Below are positions 29,248 to 39,922 of a stretch of DNA of 64,000 bases, one piece after another. The notes under the pieces were generated by a model. The model was given only the letters and a program-made list of their open reading frames with translations, did not search any database and had not been told where the DNA came from. The number at the start of each line of letters is the position of its first letter. The first letter of the stretch is position 1. The position numbers were made by a program, and so were the translations under genes. The DNA is from a virus (lineage: Duplodnaviria; Caudoviricetes), in IMG/VR virus record IMGVR_UViG_2728369355_000004; one strand, written 5' to 3'.

Positions 29248-29822
29248 TCCCTCACCTCCTTGAAGTATCTGTGATACGGAAACTCAGTTATTACACGGCT
29301 AATGCCATCCAGAATACGTTTCCGGTTAGACTGAATTGCAATACGCAAAAAGTAGGTTGGCGGTGTGGCCCTGAATGAAGGATCGATGTCACCGCGCTCC
29401 GCAAGTTCCTCCAAGTCCACCCCAGCATAGCCCCCACCTGATTCCTTCATGGTTCCGTCAATCGCCCGGTACTTCCCTCTTGAGCGACCAACAATGATAC
29501 GATCACCTTTGGATCTCAGTCGGTTCCATGCTTCGCTGTTCATGTAGGTTATTAAGCCGGGATTTTGGCTACTGTCTGCCATCTTGGAGCCTTTACCGAA
29601 TTGCTCAAGCCATACTTGCCAGTAATGCGCTGTAATGTCGCCTGAAATCATCTGATTCGCTAGCACAAACATGTGCATTTCCAAGTGGTCCCGAACTGCC
29701 GGATAATACCGTATGCCGCTTTTAGCCGTAAGCATGACCAACTTTGTTAATCCGGTAATCTCAACAGCCAATTTATTCTCCAGATCCTTTGCGGCCCGCG
29801 CTGCATCATAGCCCGTAATCAT
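29244..29822 (-). CDS. Putative neck/tail-completion protein
   Basis: EQFGKGS and PTYFLR motifs; synteny. Confidence 0.6.
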   Translation of the reverse strand: MITGYDAARAAKDLENKLAVEITGLTKLVMLTAKSGIRYYPAVRDHLEMHMFVLANQMISGDITAHYWQVWLEQFGKGSKMADSSQNPGLITYMNSEAWNRLRSKGDRIIVGRSRGKYRAIDGTMKESGGGYAGVDLEELAERGDIDPSFRATPPTYFLRIAIQSNRKRILDGISRVITEFPYHRYFKEVRE

Positions 29823-30394
29823 CGACGGTCCTCCGAAAGCTGAACGTATAGCAGATTAGGGTACTTGATCTTATCTACCACATCTACCTGGTATGTCTTC
29901 CCGCCCATTACAATCCGGTCAGGCGCGGATAGACTTGAGTCTTGAGGGTCTCTTACATCGACTGTCGTCTGTAACTGCAAGATAAACACGGTACTCGGCA
30001 GCAAGCCCGGCTCCTGTTGCCGCAATTGTGCTGTGACATACTGTGCAAAGCACACAATATCAGCAGCAACAGATACAAAGTCAGGACCACCTATAGGGTT
30101 ATCGTTGGCATCATAAGCTTGCTGGTATCTTTGCACCTCGATTAAAGCATTCGTTTTAATCAGAGAGCAGTACTTGTCCTTCTCAGTTGTTGTACGTAGA
30201 GTCTGTACCAAATAAGACGATTCGTTCTGAACTATATCTCCCGGCTTTACAGATGATTTCGAAGAAAACAAACCATTGTACATATACTCTTTTCCGATAA
30301 CCGTTGTGGCTTTCGTTTCCCTAGACAATATAACGACATCGGGCTCACCATTGACAGTACAAGGTGAATGCCTATGAGCGAAGTCTTTAAACAT
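29819..30394 (-). CDS. Putative head closure protein
   Basis: DRIVMGGKTYQV C-terminus; synteny. Confidence 0.6.
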   Translation of the reverse strand: MFKDFAHRHSPCTVNGEPDVVILSRETKATTVIGKEYMYNGLFSSKSSVKPGDIVQNESSYLVQTLRTTTEKDKYCSLIKTNALIEVQRYQQAYDANDNPIGGPDFVSVAADIVCFAQYVTAQLRQQEPGLLPSTVFILQLQTTVDVRDPQDSSLSAPDRIVMGGKTYQVDVVDKIKYPNLLYVQLSEDRR

Positions 30395-30828
30395 TAGTGA
30401 CGCCGCCTTTCTCTCGCCCGGGTCGGCCCAGCTACACCGAATACCGGAACATCTGTCCCATGCTGTACTGTTGATATGGACTCGATAAACTCATAGGCTT
30501 CATCAACAAGCTGAACAGCGTACTTTTTCCAATCAACAACCTGATTTTCAAAAGAGAAGTCAAAGTCCTTTTTAGACTTCTTGATTCTCGCTGTCATGGA
30601 AGGGGCCAGTATGGCAGCAACCATACAAACGGCTGCTGCATACACATAAGTTTGATCATCACCAGTTAACTCAGCATAATCAGGAACGGCTTTTACAATC
30701 CTCGATTCTCCAATGGGCAAAACAGAAAGAGCGTCTATGTCAGCATCGGATATTACATCCTCACCAACGCCTAGACGCCCTCTAATTTCTTCATGATATG
30801 TTTCTGTAATGAGTATCTTATTTGCCAT
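30394..30828 (-). CDS. Putative head-tail adaptor
   Basis: Helical ~144-aa protein after the capsid genes. Confidence 0.6.
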   Translation of the reverse strand: MANKILITETYHEEIRGRLGVGEDVISDADIDALSVLPIGESRIVKAVPDYAELTGDDQTYVYAAAVCMVAAILAPSMTARIKKSKKDFDFSFENQVVDWKKYAVQLVDEAYEFIESISTVQHGTDVPVFGVAGPTRARERRRH

Positions 30829-31207
30829 CTGCTGCACCGCCAGCAGCACTGATAGCCTGTTTCAATTCTTCAATACTCATTTTGGTGTATCCGGGTATTT
30901 TTAATTCCTTAGCTGAGGCTTTCAATTCTTTCAACTCACCATCAGACTGAAGAATATCAATTTGCTCAAGTAATTCCGCTTCTCGCGCTTTAGACTGTTC
31001 TAATTCGGCCTGAAGTTGCAACTCCCGTTCTGAAGGAGAACCATCAACAGCCCCGTTACCATCTACAATTTCCGCAAGCAATTGTCCGGTTGCCGCATTA
31101 CGAATTTCTTTCTTTGCGATATCTACAAGACCGTCAGGGGCATCTGTTACGATGTCCCCGGCATTGTATTGTCCAACAGCATCAACCAATACTTTTACAG
31201 TTGTCAT
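30818..31207 (-). CDS. Rho-N-like domain phage protein
   Basis: LKELKASAKELKIPGYTKMSIEEL; follows the major capsid gene. Confidence 0.7.
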   Translation of the reverse strand: MTTVKVLVDAVGQYNAGDIVTDAPDGLVDIAKKEIRNAATGQLLAEIVDGNGAVDGSPSERELQLQAELEQSKAREAELLEQIDILQSDGELKELKASAKELKIPGYTKMSIEELKQAISAAGGAADGK

Positions 31208-31224
31208 AAATTGAGTTCTCCCCC

Positions 31225-32238
31225 TTACGCCACTGTAGCGAAGATATGCCAGTTGACGTATTTCAGCCGCGGCAGCACAGTCGCACCATTGATGACTTGC
31301 CATTGATCAGGGTCACCTTGAATCAGTTTGGTGAGAGCAAATTTCCCAGTATGGCCTGTAAAAATATCCTCATAGTTATTTGGACTTGTAACAAGATCCA
31401 TAATGGAGCCTGTCATGCCTTGACCGATGATAATTACGGCATTGTCAGGAATAAACGGGTAGAACGTCCCGGTATCATCAATGTAGCCACCATCGTAAAC
31501 TTCATACTGAAGCCCGCTCAAATTTTGGCTGACAATTTCAGAAAGTGAGCCATCAGTTACAACATCCTTGCCATATGTGTATCTAATCAATTCGCGAATT
31601 TTCTCATTTTGCTTCATGTAGCTGTCTACCTTTTTATTGGCCAGAATCTTAACTCCTCTTGCACCACTTCCCCGGAATAGAAGGAGCCACTCATCCAAGT
31701 TTTTCAGCGGATCAGCGGTTGCCGTATTGCTCCAGAGCACATCTGCCGTTGGCTTGTTAGTGGCAGGGACGCCGTAATCAATCGTTCTGGCAGGTTTGTT
31801 TGCTGTTGCTGGAACGATAAGGTTGCCGGTCAGGGACTGCCAACGCATCCACTCAAAACGTGTCTCAAGCCGCATATTCAAGTTGACCAGTTGATCTACC
31901 ATATACTCCTCTGCCCACTGTTGCTGCAAGTTATTACCTGGCTTTCTCAAAGTGGCAATCTTTTCACGATCAATAATGGACTTTTCTCTCCATTCCTGGT
32001 TCGTGAAGTTCATATGTTTCACCACAGGAGACGTATGAATTGGTGAAGGATCATTCAGCCCAGTAGCAGGTGTCATCCCCGTGTCGTCATAAGTAACGTC
32101 ATATTCGATGGTGAGTCCAAGTTCAGGTTTGAAGTCAACGCCATTTGTCAGTAGTTGAGCCCCGCGAAAACTGTTAATATCCGTCCGAATGTTCTGGACG
32201 ACTTCCGTAAGGAAATATGGATCAAGTACGTTTGCCAT
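31225..32238 (-). CDS. Major capsid protein (lambda E-like)
   Basis: R.EWMRWQ.L.G, IDYGVP, W.N...DP motifs. Confidence 0.88.
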   Translation of the reverse strand: MANVLDPYFLTEVVQNIRTDINSFRGAQLLTNGVDFKPELGLTIEYDVTYDDTGMTPATGLNDPSPIHTSPVVKHMNFTNQEWREKSIIDREKIATLRKPGNNLQQQWAEEYMVDQLVNLNMRLETRFEWMRWQSLTGNLIVPATANKPARTIDYGVPATNKPTADVLWSNTATADPLKNLDEWLLLFRGSGARGVKILANKKVDSYMKQNEKIRELIRYTYGKDVVTDGSLSEIVSQNLSGLQYEVYDGGYIDDTGTFYPFIPDNAVIIIGQGMTGSIMDLVTSPNNYEDIFTGHTGKFALTKLIQGDPDQWQVINGATVLPRLKYVNWHIFATVA

Positions 32239-32253
32239 GTATGTTTATCCCCC

Positions 32254-32634
32254 TTATACAAAGTAGCAAAGCTTCAGCGCTGTTTTAGCTGCTGCATCTA
32301 AGCCAGTCAATTTGGATGAATCAAAAACACCTGCAATCCACGCAGATGCGCCGATATCAGAAAGTGTTGTGTCATGATCATTATCAAGGATGCACAAAGC
32401 CACTTCGGAGCCGTTGGTTGCTGCGGAACTATAAGCTACCGCTTTATCCTTATCCGCTCCTGCTGCTGTTATCTTGCCGATAACCGTACCTTTTTTCAGT
32501 ATTCCTTGCCCTTGTTTTAGCAAAATCCCTCCTGGTAGTTTAGCTTGAAGGTCGGTAGATGCTAGAACCTCCGTAAACTCTTGAGTAATAACCTGACCGG
32601 GACCAGGAGCACCATTATACTGAGATTGCATCAT
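32254..32634 (-). CDS. Head decoration protein
   Basis: GQG.LKKGTVIGKIT..GSEVA.CIL. Confidence 0.82.
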   Translation of the reverse strand: MMQSQYNGAPGPGQVITQEFTEVLASTDLQAKLPGGILLKQGQGILKKGTVIGKITAAGADKDKAVAYSSAATNGSEVALCILDNDHDTTLSDIGASAWIAGVFDSSKLTGLDAAAKTALKLCYFV

Positions 32635-32636
32635 AA

Positions 32637-33947
32637 TTATTTATCCTCCTTCAGCAGATTACCTCTGCCTGTATTCTTAAGTGCCGCCCGAGCTTCTTCA
32701 CGAGCCAATGCTTTAAGTTGTTCTGGCGTTTTCTCGCCACCATCATTATTTTGTGAGTTAGTTGGTGGTGTTCCATTCAGCGCTCCCTCAGGAAGGTTTA
32801 CATCGTCACCTTGTGTATGGCGACCACCACCGCCCAAAGCAGCTTGTGCCTGTGCTTCATACGTTGCTCCAATCTTTTCAATTTCAGATACCGGCAAATG
32901 AGAAAATGCCGTTTTCATAGCTTCTACATTAAAGGCTTCACCAAGAGCGCGGATACCAGCTCCACATGCTTGTTCAGTGACCTTCACCTTATATGTTGCT
33001 CCATCAGCGGCCTGGGCGCTCAACGATGTCAGTCTGCTCAAAATTTCAGTATCATTCTCCACACTTAGCGCCGCCCGGATTTGTCCGAGTACATTATTAG
33101 CCGCTGCCAATGCAGTAGCTTGTGTTTGTTGTGCTGCCAAAGCAGCAGCTTTTTGTTCGTCTGTCACAGTGTCATCTCCTTGGGCCAGTGTCTCGGCCTG
33201 TTCTTTTGTTTGATGCTGCTTAGATACAAAAGCATTCATACCGCCTTTGTTGCTGAAAAAATAAAAGACGCGTTCATCGCCATCAAGCGATTTCGCATCT
33301 AAAGGTAATGGTTCGTATTCAGTTTGTCGCTGCTGCTCAGCTTCAGCATGTTGTTTCACCGACAGAGATTCACGTGTTATTCCAGCACCTTCATATCCTC
33401 CATCAAATACAATGGAGTTTTCCATGATATATCCATCATCCGCGAGAACAAGACATTCTTTGTCATCGTACGTTTGCCCACGAATGTGTGAACATGCTGA
33501 GGAACCATAATAATCACTGCCACAAATGCTACACGTATGCTTCGTAGTAACAAACCCTGCCGAGGTATCAAAGATAGTTCCTGAATCAATACCGGTAGCC
33601 AGTTGATCCGTTGAGATCCCATTAGCTTCTAGCCCTTTTGCCATGTAATGATCACCGTAAAGTTCCAGTTCCCCTCCCTCTTCGATAATTCGGCTGTCAA
33701 AAGTTCTGCCATACGGGAAAGATAAGGCTTCCCACTTCTGCCACGGATGGTCAACCAGCAAGGCTACTCCCTCTTTAACTTGATCAGCCATTTTACGTAG
33801 GAAGTTTGGGGTAATCTTCATTTTGTACTTATCAATACGCTTGGTTCCAATGATTCTCGCTTGAAACACATGAGTTTGTTCATCGGTCAATGGGACTAAT
33901 GCTTTTTGATTGATCTTTGCCAGTTGTTCCTGTGTAGGTTTTGCCAT
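32637..33947 (-). CDS. Prohead protease/scaffold
   Basis: LLVDH, GIDSGTIFDTSAG, CSICG, ENSIV; Ala-rich C-terminus. Confidence 0.75.
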   Translation of the reverse strand: MAKPTQEQLAKINQKALVPLTDEQTHVFQARIIGTKRIDKYKMKITPNFLRKMADQVKEGVALLVDHPWQKWEALSFPYGRTFDSRIIEEGGELELYGDHYMAKGLEANGISTDQLATGIDSGTIFDTSAGFVTTKHTCSICGSDYYGSSACSHIRGQTYDDKECLVLADDGYIMENSIVFDGGYEGAGITRESLSVKQHAEAEQQRQTEYEPLPLDAKSLDGDERVFYFFSNKGGMNAFVSKQHQTKEQAETLAQGDDTVTDEQKAAALAAQQTQATALAAANNVLGQIRAALSVENDTEILSRLTSLSAQAADGATYKVKVTEQACGAGIRALGEAFNVEAMKTAFSHLPVSEIEKIGATYEAQAQAALGGGGRHTQGDDVNLPEGALNGTPPTNSQNNDGGEKTPEQLKALAREEARAALKNTGRGNLLKEDK

Positions 33948-33953
33948 AATGTT

Positions 33954-35414
33954 TTATTCACCTCCTTCTGGTGGAGTCTGTACTTTATTTGAATCAGATT
34001 CAAGCTTTTTCATAAGCAGCGGGAGTAACTCAGCCGGAACTTTGGCATTAATACCAAGAGTCCAACGTATTTCCTCAGCAGCTTCCAACGGTGTGATGTA
34101 GAAATTCTTCTCCGCTGTGATGTAGTTATCGATCTTTGAACGTCGGTCACGTTCAATCTCATTTTCAGAGCGTAGATCAATGGGGAGGTAGTCAGCTTCA
34201 ACTTTTGTTTGAGTCCCTTTTACTCTTGCGGACAACGAAAAAGCCCGCTGCCAGAAACGTTTGGTTACGCTCCGCGCGGACTCTACATTTTTGATATATA
34301 TTTGAGTGTCAATTGAACTGTATGTTTCGGTTGATCCTTGATGCCTGGAAAGGATGGTGAGCAGCGTCTTGAGTGAAGTCGCCATTTGGGTATCAATAAT
34401 ATCGATGAGCTTTTTAATATCAATCATCGGCCCTGAATTACCGCCTTTGAGATATTCGACTTTTACAGTATCCCAGTGGACAAGGGCATCGTCTGGATTG
34501 AGTGAGTTGAAATGGTTTATCATCTCTTCCATTCGCTCTTTGAGCCATTTCTGTTGACCATCGGGATTACTTTTCAAGTTGTTCGGCATATTCTTCAGCA
34601 TGATTTCTTCCAACATGGAGATATCAAGCCGTGGATATCCTTGGTTGTGCACTACTGCTTTTAGATCAGCCAGCACTTGGAGGTGGAAGAAAACTACTTG
34701 CAGCACTGGAAGCATGGGCGTTCGTCCATAAGGATCATCAGCCATCGGATCAAACTCTTCATATATGAATGTTGGTGTATCGATCTTTTTGTAATTGCCA
34801 AACCACTCTTCATTCGCGTTCCTTCGTGGGTTCTTGACATATTGCCACGGCGTGAGCCGGTTGGTATCCGGTTGCCTTCGGAACCAAATTAGAGCCGGAT
34901 CAACCGGGACGATATCAATTACATCGTTACATCGCTCATTCAGTACTACTTCCCCAGCACAAGCTCCGCGAACCATGATCATCATCCGCTGGATCGTGTC
35001 TAGTTTACCTAATGACCTTCCATGCTGGTATCCCGGCGAAGGTAGCGGTGTATTAAGCATAGCTTTGAGTTCATCCAGTACCCGTTGTCCGCCCTTATCT
35101 GCATTTCCGTTTGGCTTCTTAGCTGTAAATGTTAATTCGGTATCTCCCATACGTAAGTATGTGTATAGAGCATAGGATACGTCTGGATGAACAGATATTA
35201 GAAGTTCAAGTAACTCCTCTGCCGTGTAGCTCTGCAACTTAGTAAGGTCAATATTATGAGCGTGCTGATGTTTTTTAGGCAGCCAGTTAAATATACCCCA
35301 CGGGTTAGCGTTATTAGGTACTGATGCTCTGCCCACACCCATCATCTGACGCTTTACCGCTGTTGGAAGAACAGCATTAGCAAATGAATATACAGCTCTA
35401 TGATACCATTTCAA
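33954..35414 (-). CDS. Portal protein
   Basis: DDPYGR.P motif, size, first gene of the head module. Confidence 0.8.
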   Translation of the reverse strand: MKWYHRAVYSFANAVLPTAVKRQMMGVGRASVPNNANPWGIFNWLPKKHQHAHNIDLTKLQSYTAEELLELLISVHPDVSYALYTYLRMGDTELTFTAKKPNGNADKGGQRVLDELKAMLNTPLPSPGYQHGRSLGKLDTIQRMMIMVRGACAGEVVLNERCNDVIDIVPVDPALIWFRRQPDTNRLTPWQYVKNPRRNANEEWFGNYKKIDTPTFIYEEFDPMADDPYGRTPMLPVLQVVFFHLQVLADLKAVVHNQGYPRLDISMLEEIMLKNMPNNLKSNPDGQQKWLKERMEEMINHFNSLNPDDALVHWDTVKVEYLKGGNSGPMIDIKKLIDIIDTQMATSLKTLLTILSRHQGSTETYSSIDTQIYIKNVESARSVTKRFWQRAFSLSARVKGTQTKVEADYLPIDLRSENEIERDRRSKIDNYITAEKNFYITPLEAAEEIRWTLGINAKVPAELLPLLMKKLESDSNKVQTPPEGGE

Positions 35415-35550
35415 GATTTCACCGCCTTTCATTGCAAACTTCTATGAATAAAGGATAACATCCTTTTTATTCGGATTTACTACTGATTTTCGAGAGGATA
35501 GGCATTATGCTTACATATATCTTTTTTTAATGCGGAATATTGGAACAAAA

Positions 35551-35580
35551 AAGTGGTCAGGAAAAGTTTCCTGACCACTT
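35551..35580. repeat. Dispersed palindrome copy 3, also terminator of the SLH gene
   Basis: AAGTGGTCAGGAAAAGTTTCCTGACCACTT, 14-bp arms, T-tract on minus strand. Confidence 0.88.
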
Positions 35581-35623
35581 ATAATATCGTAATGCTTAGT
35601 CCACGTACCTACGGCATTACGTT

Positions 35624-38050
35624 TTATTCTACAATTTCCAGATCCAAGTATTGTCCATCCCAAACATCAAGTTTATACTTTCCGGGCGGCAACTCGCCTG
35701 TAGAAATAATAACTGGTTTATTTACTTCATCATCCGTAACAATTATCTTTTTACCCCAGTTTTCTGCGACCAAATCGTCGTAGTTACCTTGGCCTCCCCA
35801 AACAAATGTATTTAGCAGATACACTTCTGAAACATCTGAAAGAGAGAATGTAATATCGCCTCCTTTTTTAACCTTTAATATATCCCCGATAGGTTGAATC
35901 ATTGTAATTCTGACCGTTCTTCTATTTCCCCAGGTCTGAAATTCTTTATTGAATTCACCATTGGATGTAACCACAGCGTCTGTGACTAAACGGAAATTAT
36001 AAACCAACCGATCCTCCAAATGTTTAGGCAATATAAAGACTTTATTGTCCTCAACTCTTACAGTCCCATTTTCCTTTGTGAAAGGCGTAAAAGGACTGTC
36101 ACCAACAGACCACTGAACGATATCTTCTGTTGTCTTCCCGTCCGCAAGCTGTAATAAGCGATTATAATCAAAAGAGAATTGATCAAGTCTATCCTTTCTT
36201 TCAGGATATTGTACAAATATCGGTGACTGATCCAGAGGCTCGTTCTCATCCAAAACCGTTATTTCCTTGCTATGAAAGTTACTATTTTTGTCATAAACCG
36301 TCAGATCAAACTCATAGTTTTTGGGATAATTCCAATGATTAATATCATATGTCGCGAAACTGACGGTTTTATTAGCCGGAACCTCCATTTTCAAAACCTC
36401 GCCGCTTTCGACACCCAACTCAAGGGATTGGAGATTACGGTAATCTATGAATTCACTTGAAAAGTAAGCAGTGCCATCATAAGAGCTAGTAAAATAAACG
36501 GACTCTCCGACTGTTACTATTTTTTTAGGAACAGAAATGTTAGCGCCCCCATTATGCTCTGGTGCTTGAGGTGTATCATCTTTCTTGTCGTCACTTTTTT
36601 TATGATCATCTTTTTTGGAATTATCGAATTCATTAGAGTTACTAGAAGAACCCCCACCGCCACCTGATGTTGTTGGCCCCTGTAATCCCAAAGTTTTTGA
36701 CGAATCGCCTATTGTGACTTTAACATCACTACTTACCTTGTCGCCATTTGTCAGAGATTTAGGTTTTGTTTGAAAAGAAACATTTTCAGCATTAACTACG
36801 GCTTTATCAACAGAACCTAATCCTATTACTTTGGCAGCAGCATTAAGAACTAACGAGAGAATAGAAGACTCTTTTGCTGTATCTATGGTTGTACCCGTAG
36901 CGTTATCAGCTACGTTTAATGCATCAATCTGTCCATTTGGGATATTTACATTAATAGCGAATGCTTCTACATTCACAGTGTGAAAATAACCTGTAAGGCT
37001 CACATTAGATTTTGCGGGGAGCTCATTTGTTAGAGTAACTCGATCAACACTTGCTCCTTGTGAGACATCGAGGGCTGCGCCCGTCTTGATTTTTACTTCG
37101 CTAATGGACGTTGCTCCTTCTGCCACCAAACGAACAGTTCCATCCACTTTGTTTACAATGATGCTAACCAGCATAGAATTGTTCAGATGAACGCTATGCT
37201 CTCCACCGCCGTAAACGTAGGTTTGACCGTGAATTTTAACATTTTTCAAGAATACGTCGCCGTTCCCGACGGCTTTCCCGATAATTAAATCACCCGCGAT
37301 TTCCGTATTTTGAAGCGTTACACCCGTTGTGTTGATGATAACATTGCCTGCCTGCTTGTCGAGTCCAGTCGAAGGCCCATATGTTCCTGATTCTCCATAC
37401 CAAGCACCAAAATGATTAACAGCACGATCAAGAATCGTAACCGCCTCAGCACGAGTCAACGATTTTTGTGGCTGAAATGTACCATTCTGGTAACCCTCAA
37501 TAATACCGGCTGCAACTACAGCATTAACGGCCTTTTGGGACCAATTGTGCAGTGATGTGCTATCTTTAAAGGTTTTATTGGTATCAGAAGAAGAGATCTG
37601 AAGTAATTGGTTTACAGTAACAGCCGCTTCTTCTCTACTCAATACTTGCGTAGGACGAAAGCTACCATCTTCAAATCCTTTCATATATCCAGCATAAACT
37701 GCATCAGTAACGGTTGAAGCAAACCAATCATCTTTATTCACATCGGTAAAAGATGCTGCTTGTCCTGGCTGAATTTGAAATGCACGATTTAGTAAAGCAG
37801 CCCATTCACTTCTCGTAATCGGACGATTCGGTTCAAAACGAGCGTTTTCTACACCTGAAACCACACCTCGGTGGCTCCATTTTGTAACGTTATCCGTTGC
37901 CCAATGGTTCACCATATCCCCATAAGGTTGAGATACAGTAGAACTTTCTTCCTTTGTTACTTGGTGTGAACTATCGGCTGCGAATATGGGGCTAGCCCAT
38001 ACAGAGGTCGCTAAAATTCCAGCCGTGAAAACATTAACCCACTTCTTCAT
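35624..38050 (-). CDS. S-layer homology (SLH) domain surface protein
   Basis: Signal peptide; three SLH repeats (F.PN.PITR.E, GF.DGSFRP, GY.NGTFQP..TRAEA). Confidence 0.9.
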   Translation of the reverse strand: MKKWVNVFTAGILATSVWASPIFAADSSHQVTKEESSTVSQPYGDMVNHWATDNVTKWSHRGVVSGVENARFEPNRPITRSEWAALLNRAFQIQPGQAASFTDVNKDDWFASTVTDAVYAGYMKGFEDGSFRPTQVLSREEAAVTVNQLLQISSSDTNKTFKDSTSLHNWSQKAVNAVVAAGIIEGYQNGTFQPQKSLTRAEAVTILDRAVNHFGAWYGESGTYGPSTGLDKQAGNVIINTTGVTLQNTEIAGDLIIGKAVGNGDVFLKNVKIHGQTYVYGGGEHSVHLNNSMLVSIIVNKVDGTVRLVAEGATSISEVKIKTGAALDVSQGASVDRVTLTNELPAKSNVSLTGYFHTVNVEAFAINVNIPNGQIDALNVADNATGTTIDTAKESSILSLVLNAAAKVIGLGSVDKAVVNAENVSFQTKPKSLTNGDKVSSDVKVTIGDSSKTLGLQGPTTSGGGGGSSSNSNEFDNSKKDDHKKSDDKKDDTPQAPEHNGGANISVPKKIVTVGESVYFTSSYDGTAYFSSEFIDYRNLQSLELGVESGEVLKMEVPANKTVSFATYDINHWNYPKNYEFDLTVYDKNSNFHSKEITVLDENEPLDQSPIFVQYPERKDRLDQFSFDYNRLLQLADGKTTEDIVQWSVGDSPFTPFTKENGTVRVEDNKVFILPKHLEDRLVYNFRLVTDAVVTSNGEFNKEFQTWGNRRTVRITMIQPIGDILKVKKGGDITFSLSDVSEVYLLNTFVWGGQGNYDDLVAENWGKKIIVTDDEVNKPVIISTGELPPGKYKLDVWDGQYLDLEIVE

Positions 38051-38355
38051 CTTTTTTGTCCTCTCATTTATGTAGTGTTAAACCAAGACTATGTACCTAA
38101 TATTTTAGGTATATAGAATCACTTACCTATTATTACAAGATTAATCGATGATGTCACTACTTTTTAATTCATAAGAGGATTTTTCTTGAATAAATATCAA
38201 AAGGAAGACGTATATTCGTATACCAGTCAACATGATCACGAAACGCGTACATGCCTTCCCTGAACTCCTTACACATTTCGTTCATAAACAGAAGTAAAGC
38301 TTAAGACATACATTCAATCCTACAAAATCAAAAAAAGAGCCCCCGAAGGTTGCTC

Positions 38356-38559
38356 CTAATTGAGAAACAGCTTAGCCCAATAATATAAAATAACCAGAAC
38401 ACCTACACTTGCTAGGATTCCAGTTAATCTTTTTCCAAGTATTTTTTTAATGGGAATGCATACTACACACCAAAAGACTGAGGCTAAAATAAATATTAAT
38501 AGCTTGTTTCCTCCTACAGCACCCCACATATCTACATTTGCACCTTCAAAAACATTCAA
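38356..38559 (-). CDS. Small membrane protein
   Basis: Two TM segments; RBS GGGAGG. Confidence 0.65.
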   Translation of the reverse strand: MNVFEGANVDMWGAVGGNKLLIFILASVFWCVVCIPIKKILGKRLTGILASVGVLVILYYWAKLFLN

Positions 38560-38621
38560 AAAGATTCCTCCCTAGTTTTTGTCTAATTCCAAAATTATAT
38601 ATCCACTCCCTTTCTCGCTTT

Positions 38622-39212
38622 TTATCCTGCTTTCCTGGTTACAGAATTCTTTTGTTTAACCTGCATAATCATTTCAATAAGCTGCTCTCGGTTAATCAAG
38701 CGAACGTTATTGGATCTTGCTAGTCTGTATGCTTGCTCAGTGTAATCGCTATTTGTCACGACCCATGCTGAAGATGCACGGTAATGTGCTACCGCACCGT
38801 AAACCTCCTGAACCGCTTTAAGCCCAACATTTTTACTGTACCGTTTCGCCTGAACTACGATACGCTGACCGTTTTTTGTAAGAACCAGATCGGCACCGTA
38901 ATCTCCAGAAGCTTGTGTAACCTCAGCTTTGTATCCTTGAGCTCTGAACAGATGTCCTAAATATTTTTCGAATTGATGACCATCCATTTTATCAATTTCA
39001 GCAATTCCAGAATTACGTAGCCTTGTTGCAGCAGCCATTTGACGATAAAAGATAAATGCTATGACCATTGCTACTGCTACAAAAGATGCAAAAACAGAGG
39101 CACCGATTGAACCCGTAACTGAGTAGATAAAGAAAAACGGGGCTATTAGCGCAATCCCTGCAATAGCCTCTTCAATAGAATTTTTCTGCTTTCTTCTCCG
39201 TCTTCTAGCCAT
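38622..39212 (-). CDS. Mrr-catalytic-domain restriction endonuclease with N-terminal TM
   Basis: MDG.QFE..L, SGDYGADL, VVQAKRY, VTNS.YT. Confidence 0.88.
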   Translation of the reverse strand: MARRRRRKQKNSIEEAIAGIALIAPFFFIYSVTGSIGASVFASFVAVAMVIAFIFYRQMAAATRLRNSGIAEIDKMDGHQFEKYLGHLFRAQGYKAEVTQASGDYGADLVLTKNGQRIVVQAKRYSKNVGLKAVQEVYGAVAHYRASSAWVVTNSDYTEQAYRLARSNNVRLINREQLIEMIMQVKQKNSVTRKAG

Positions 39213-39277
39213 TAATAATTCCCCCTTATTCTGTATATATCGTCAATAAAGTGATTGGAATTAATAGGTAGAAGGAA

Positions 39278-39368
39278 AGCACGCTGCGGAATTGAACCGC
39301 GCAAGGGTTCTGACCAGGCTGTTTCATGTTTCCGCTGGTTAACTGGTTCCTTGCCGCCTGCGCGTGCC
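39278..39368 (-). ncRNA. tRNA-like structured RNA
   Basis: Acceptor-like stem GGCACGC/GCGTGCT; T-arm GCGG-TTCAATT-CCGC; helix GCAAGG/CCTTGC; no canonical D or anticodon arm. Confidence 0.55.
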
Positions 39369-39414
39369 GTAAAGCCCCGGAATGATCCGGGGAGCAATGT
39401 GGGGTCATGCTTAA

Positions 39415-39705
39415 TTACTTGAGCGCCAGAGCTGCTGCCTTAACGTGAGCTGGAATGGTGTATCCGTCCTTTTCCGTCAGGCTGCCATCAGCATGCACGG
39501 TTACTGCGAGCTGCTCGTACTCGTCGCCACTTGCTGGGATAACTGGATGATCGTATGCGTGTTGGCCTTCAAATTTAATGGCGGTACTGTACTCGCTCTT
39601 AGACTCTGCTGCTTCCTGTGTACTTTCAATGTGCAAGATTCTAAACCGATCCAAATATGCGTACCCACCGTTTCTTACTGCGCTTGCTTCTGTAGACATA
39701 TTCAT
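39415..39705 (-). CDS. Small hypothetical protein (YAYLD..ILH family, paralog of 46430..46684)
   Basis: RBS AGGAGG; shared motifs YAYLDxxxILH, PVI, IP..KA.A. Confidence 0.75.
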   Translation of the reverse strand: MNMSTEASAVRNGGYAYLDRFRILHIESTQEAAESKSEYSTAIKFEGQHAYDHPVIPASGDEYEQLAVTVHADGSLTEKDGYTIPAHVKAAALALK

Positions 39706-39922
39706 TTCCTCCTAATATGGTTTTATAGAGAAATCAAAAAAGGCCGGCACATTGGCCGACCTGATCACCGAGGCTCAAAAGCTAAGGTGTGTTCCTTATT
39801 TGATTTTCCATGCTATAAATTTACCACATGAAAAGTCCAGTAGCAGTTCATAAAACGGTCAATTTCCAATCAAATAGCAGTCAACAAAAAAGGAACCCAT
39901 TATCAGGCTCCTTATCAAAACA

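Noticed and set aside
16244-35175. Many short plus-strand ORFs in the structural module
   Set aside because: Antisense shadows of long phage genes without RBS or motifs.
39278-39368. Canonical tRNA gene
   Set aside because: No D-arm or 7-nt anticodon loop; kept only as tRNA-like.
39212-39408. Two 60-61 aa ORFs
   Set aside because: They overlap the tRNA-like element and lack an RBS.
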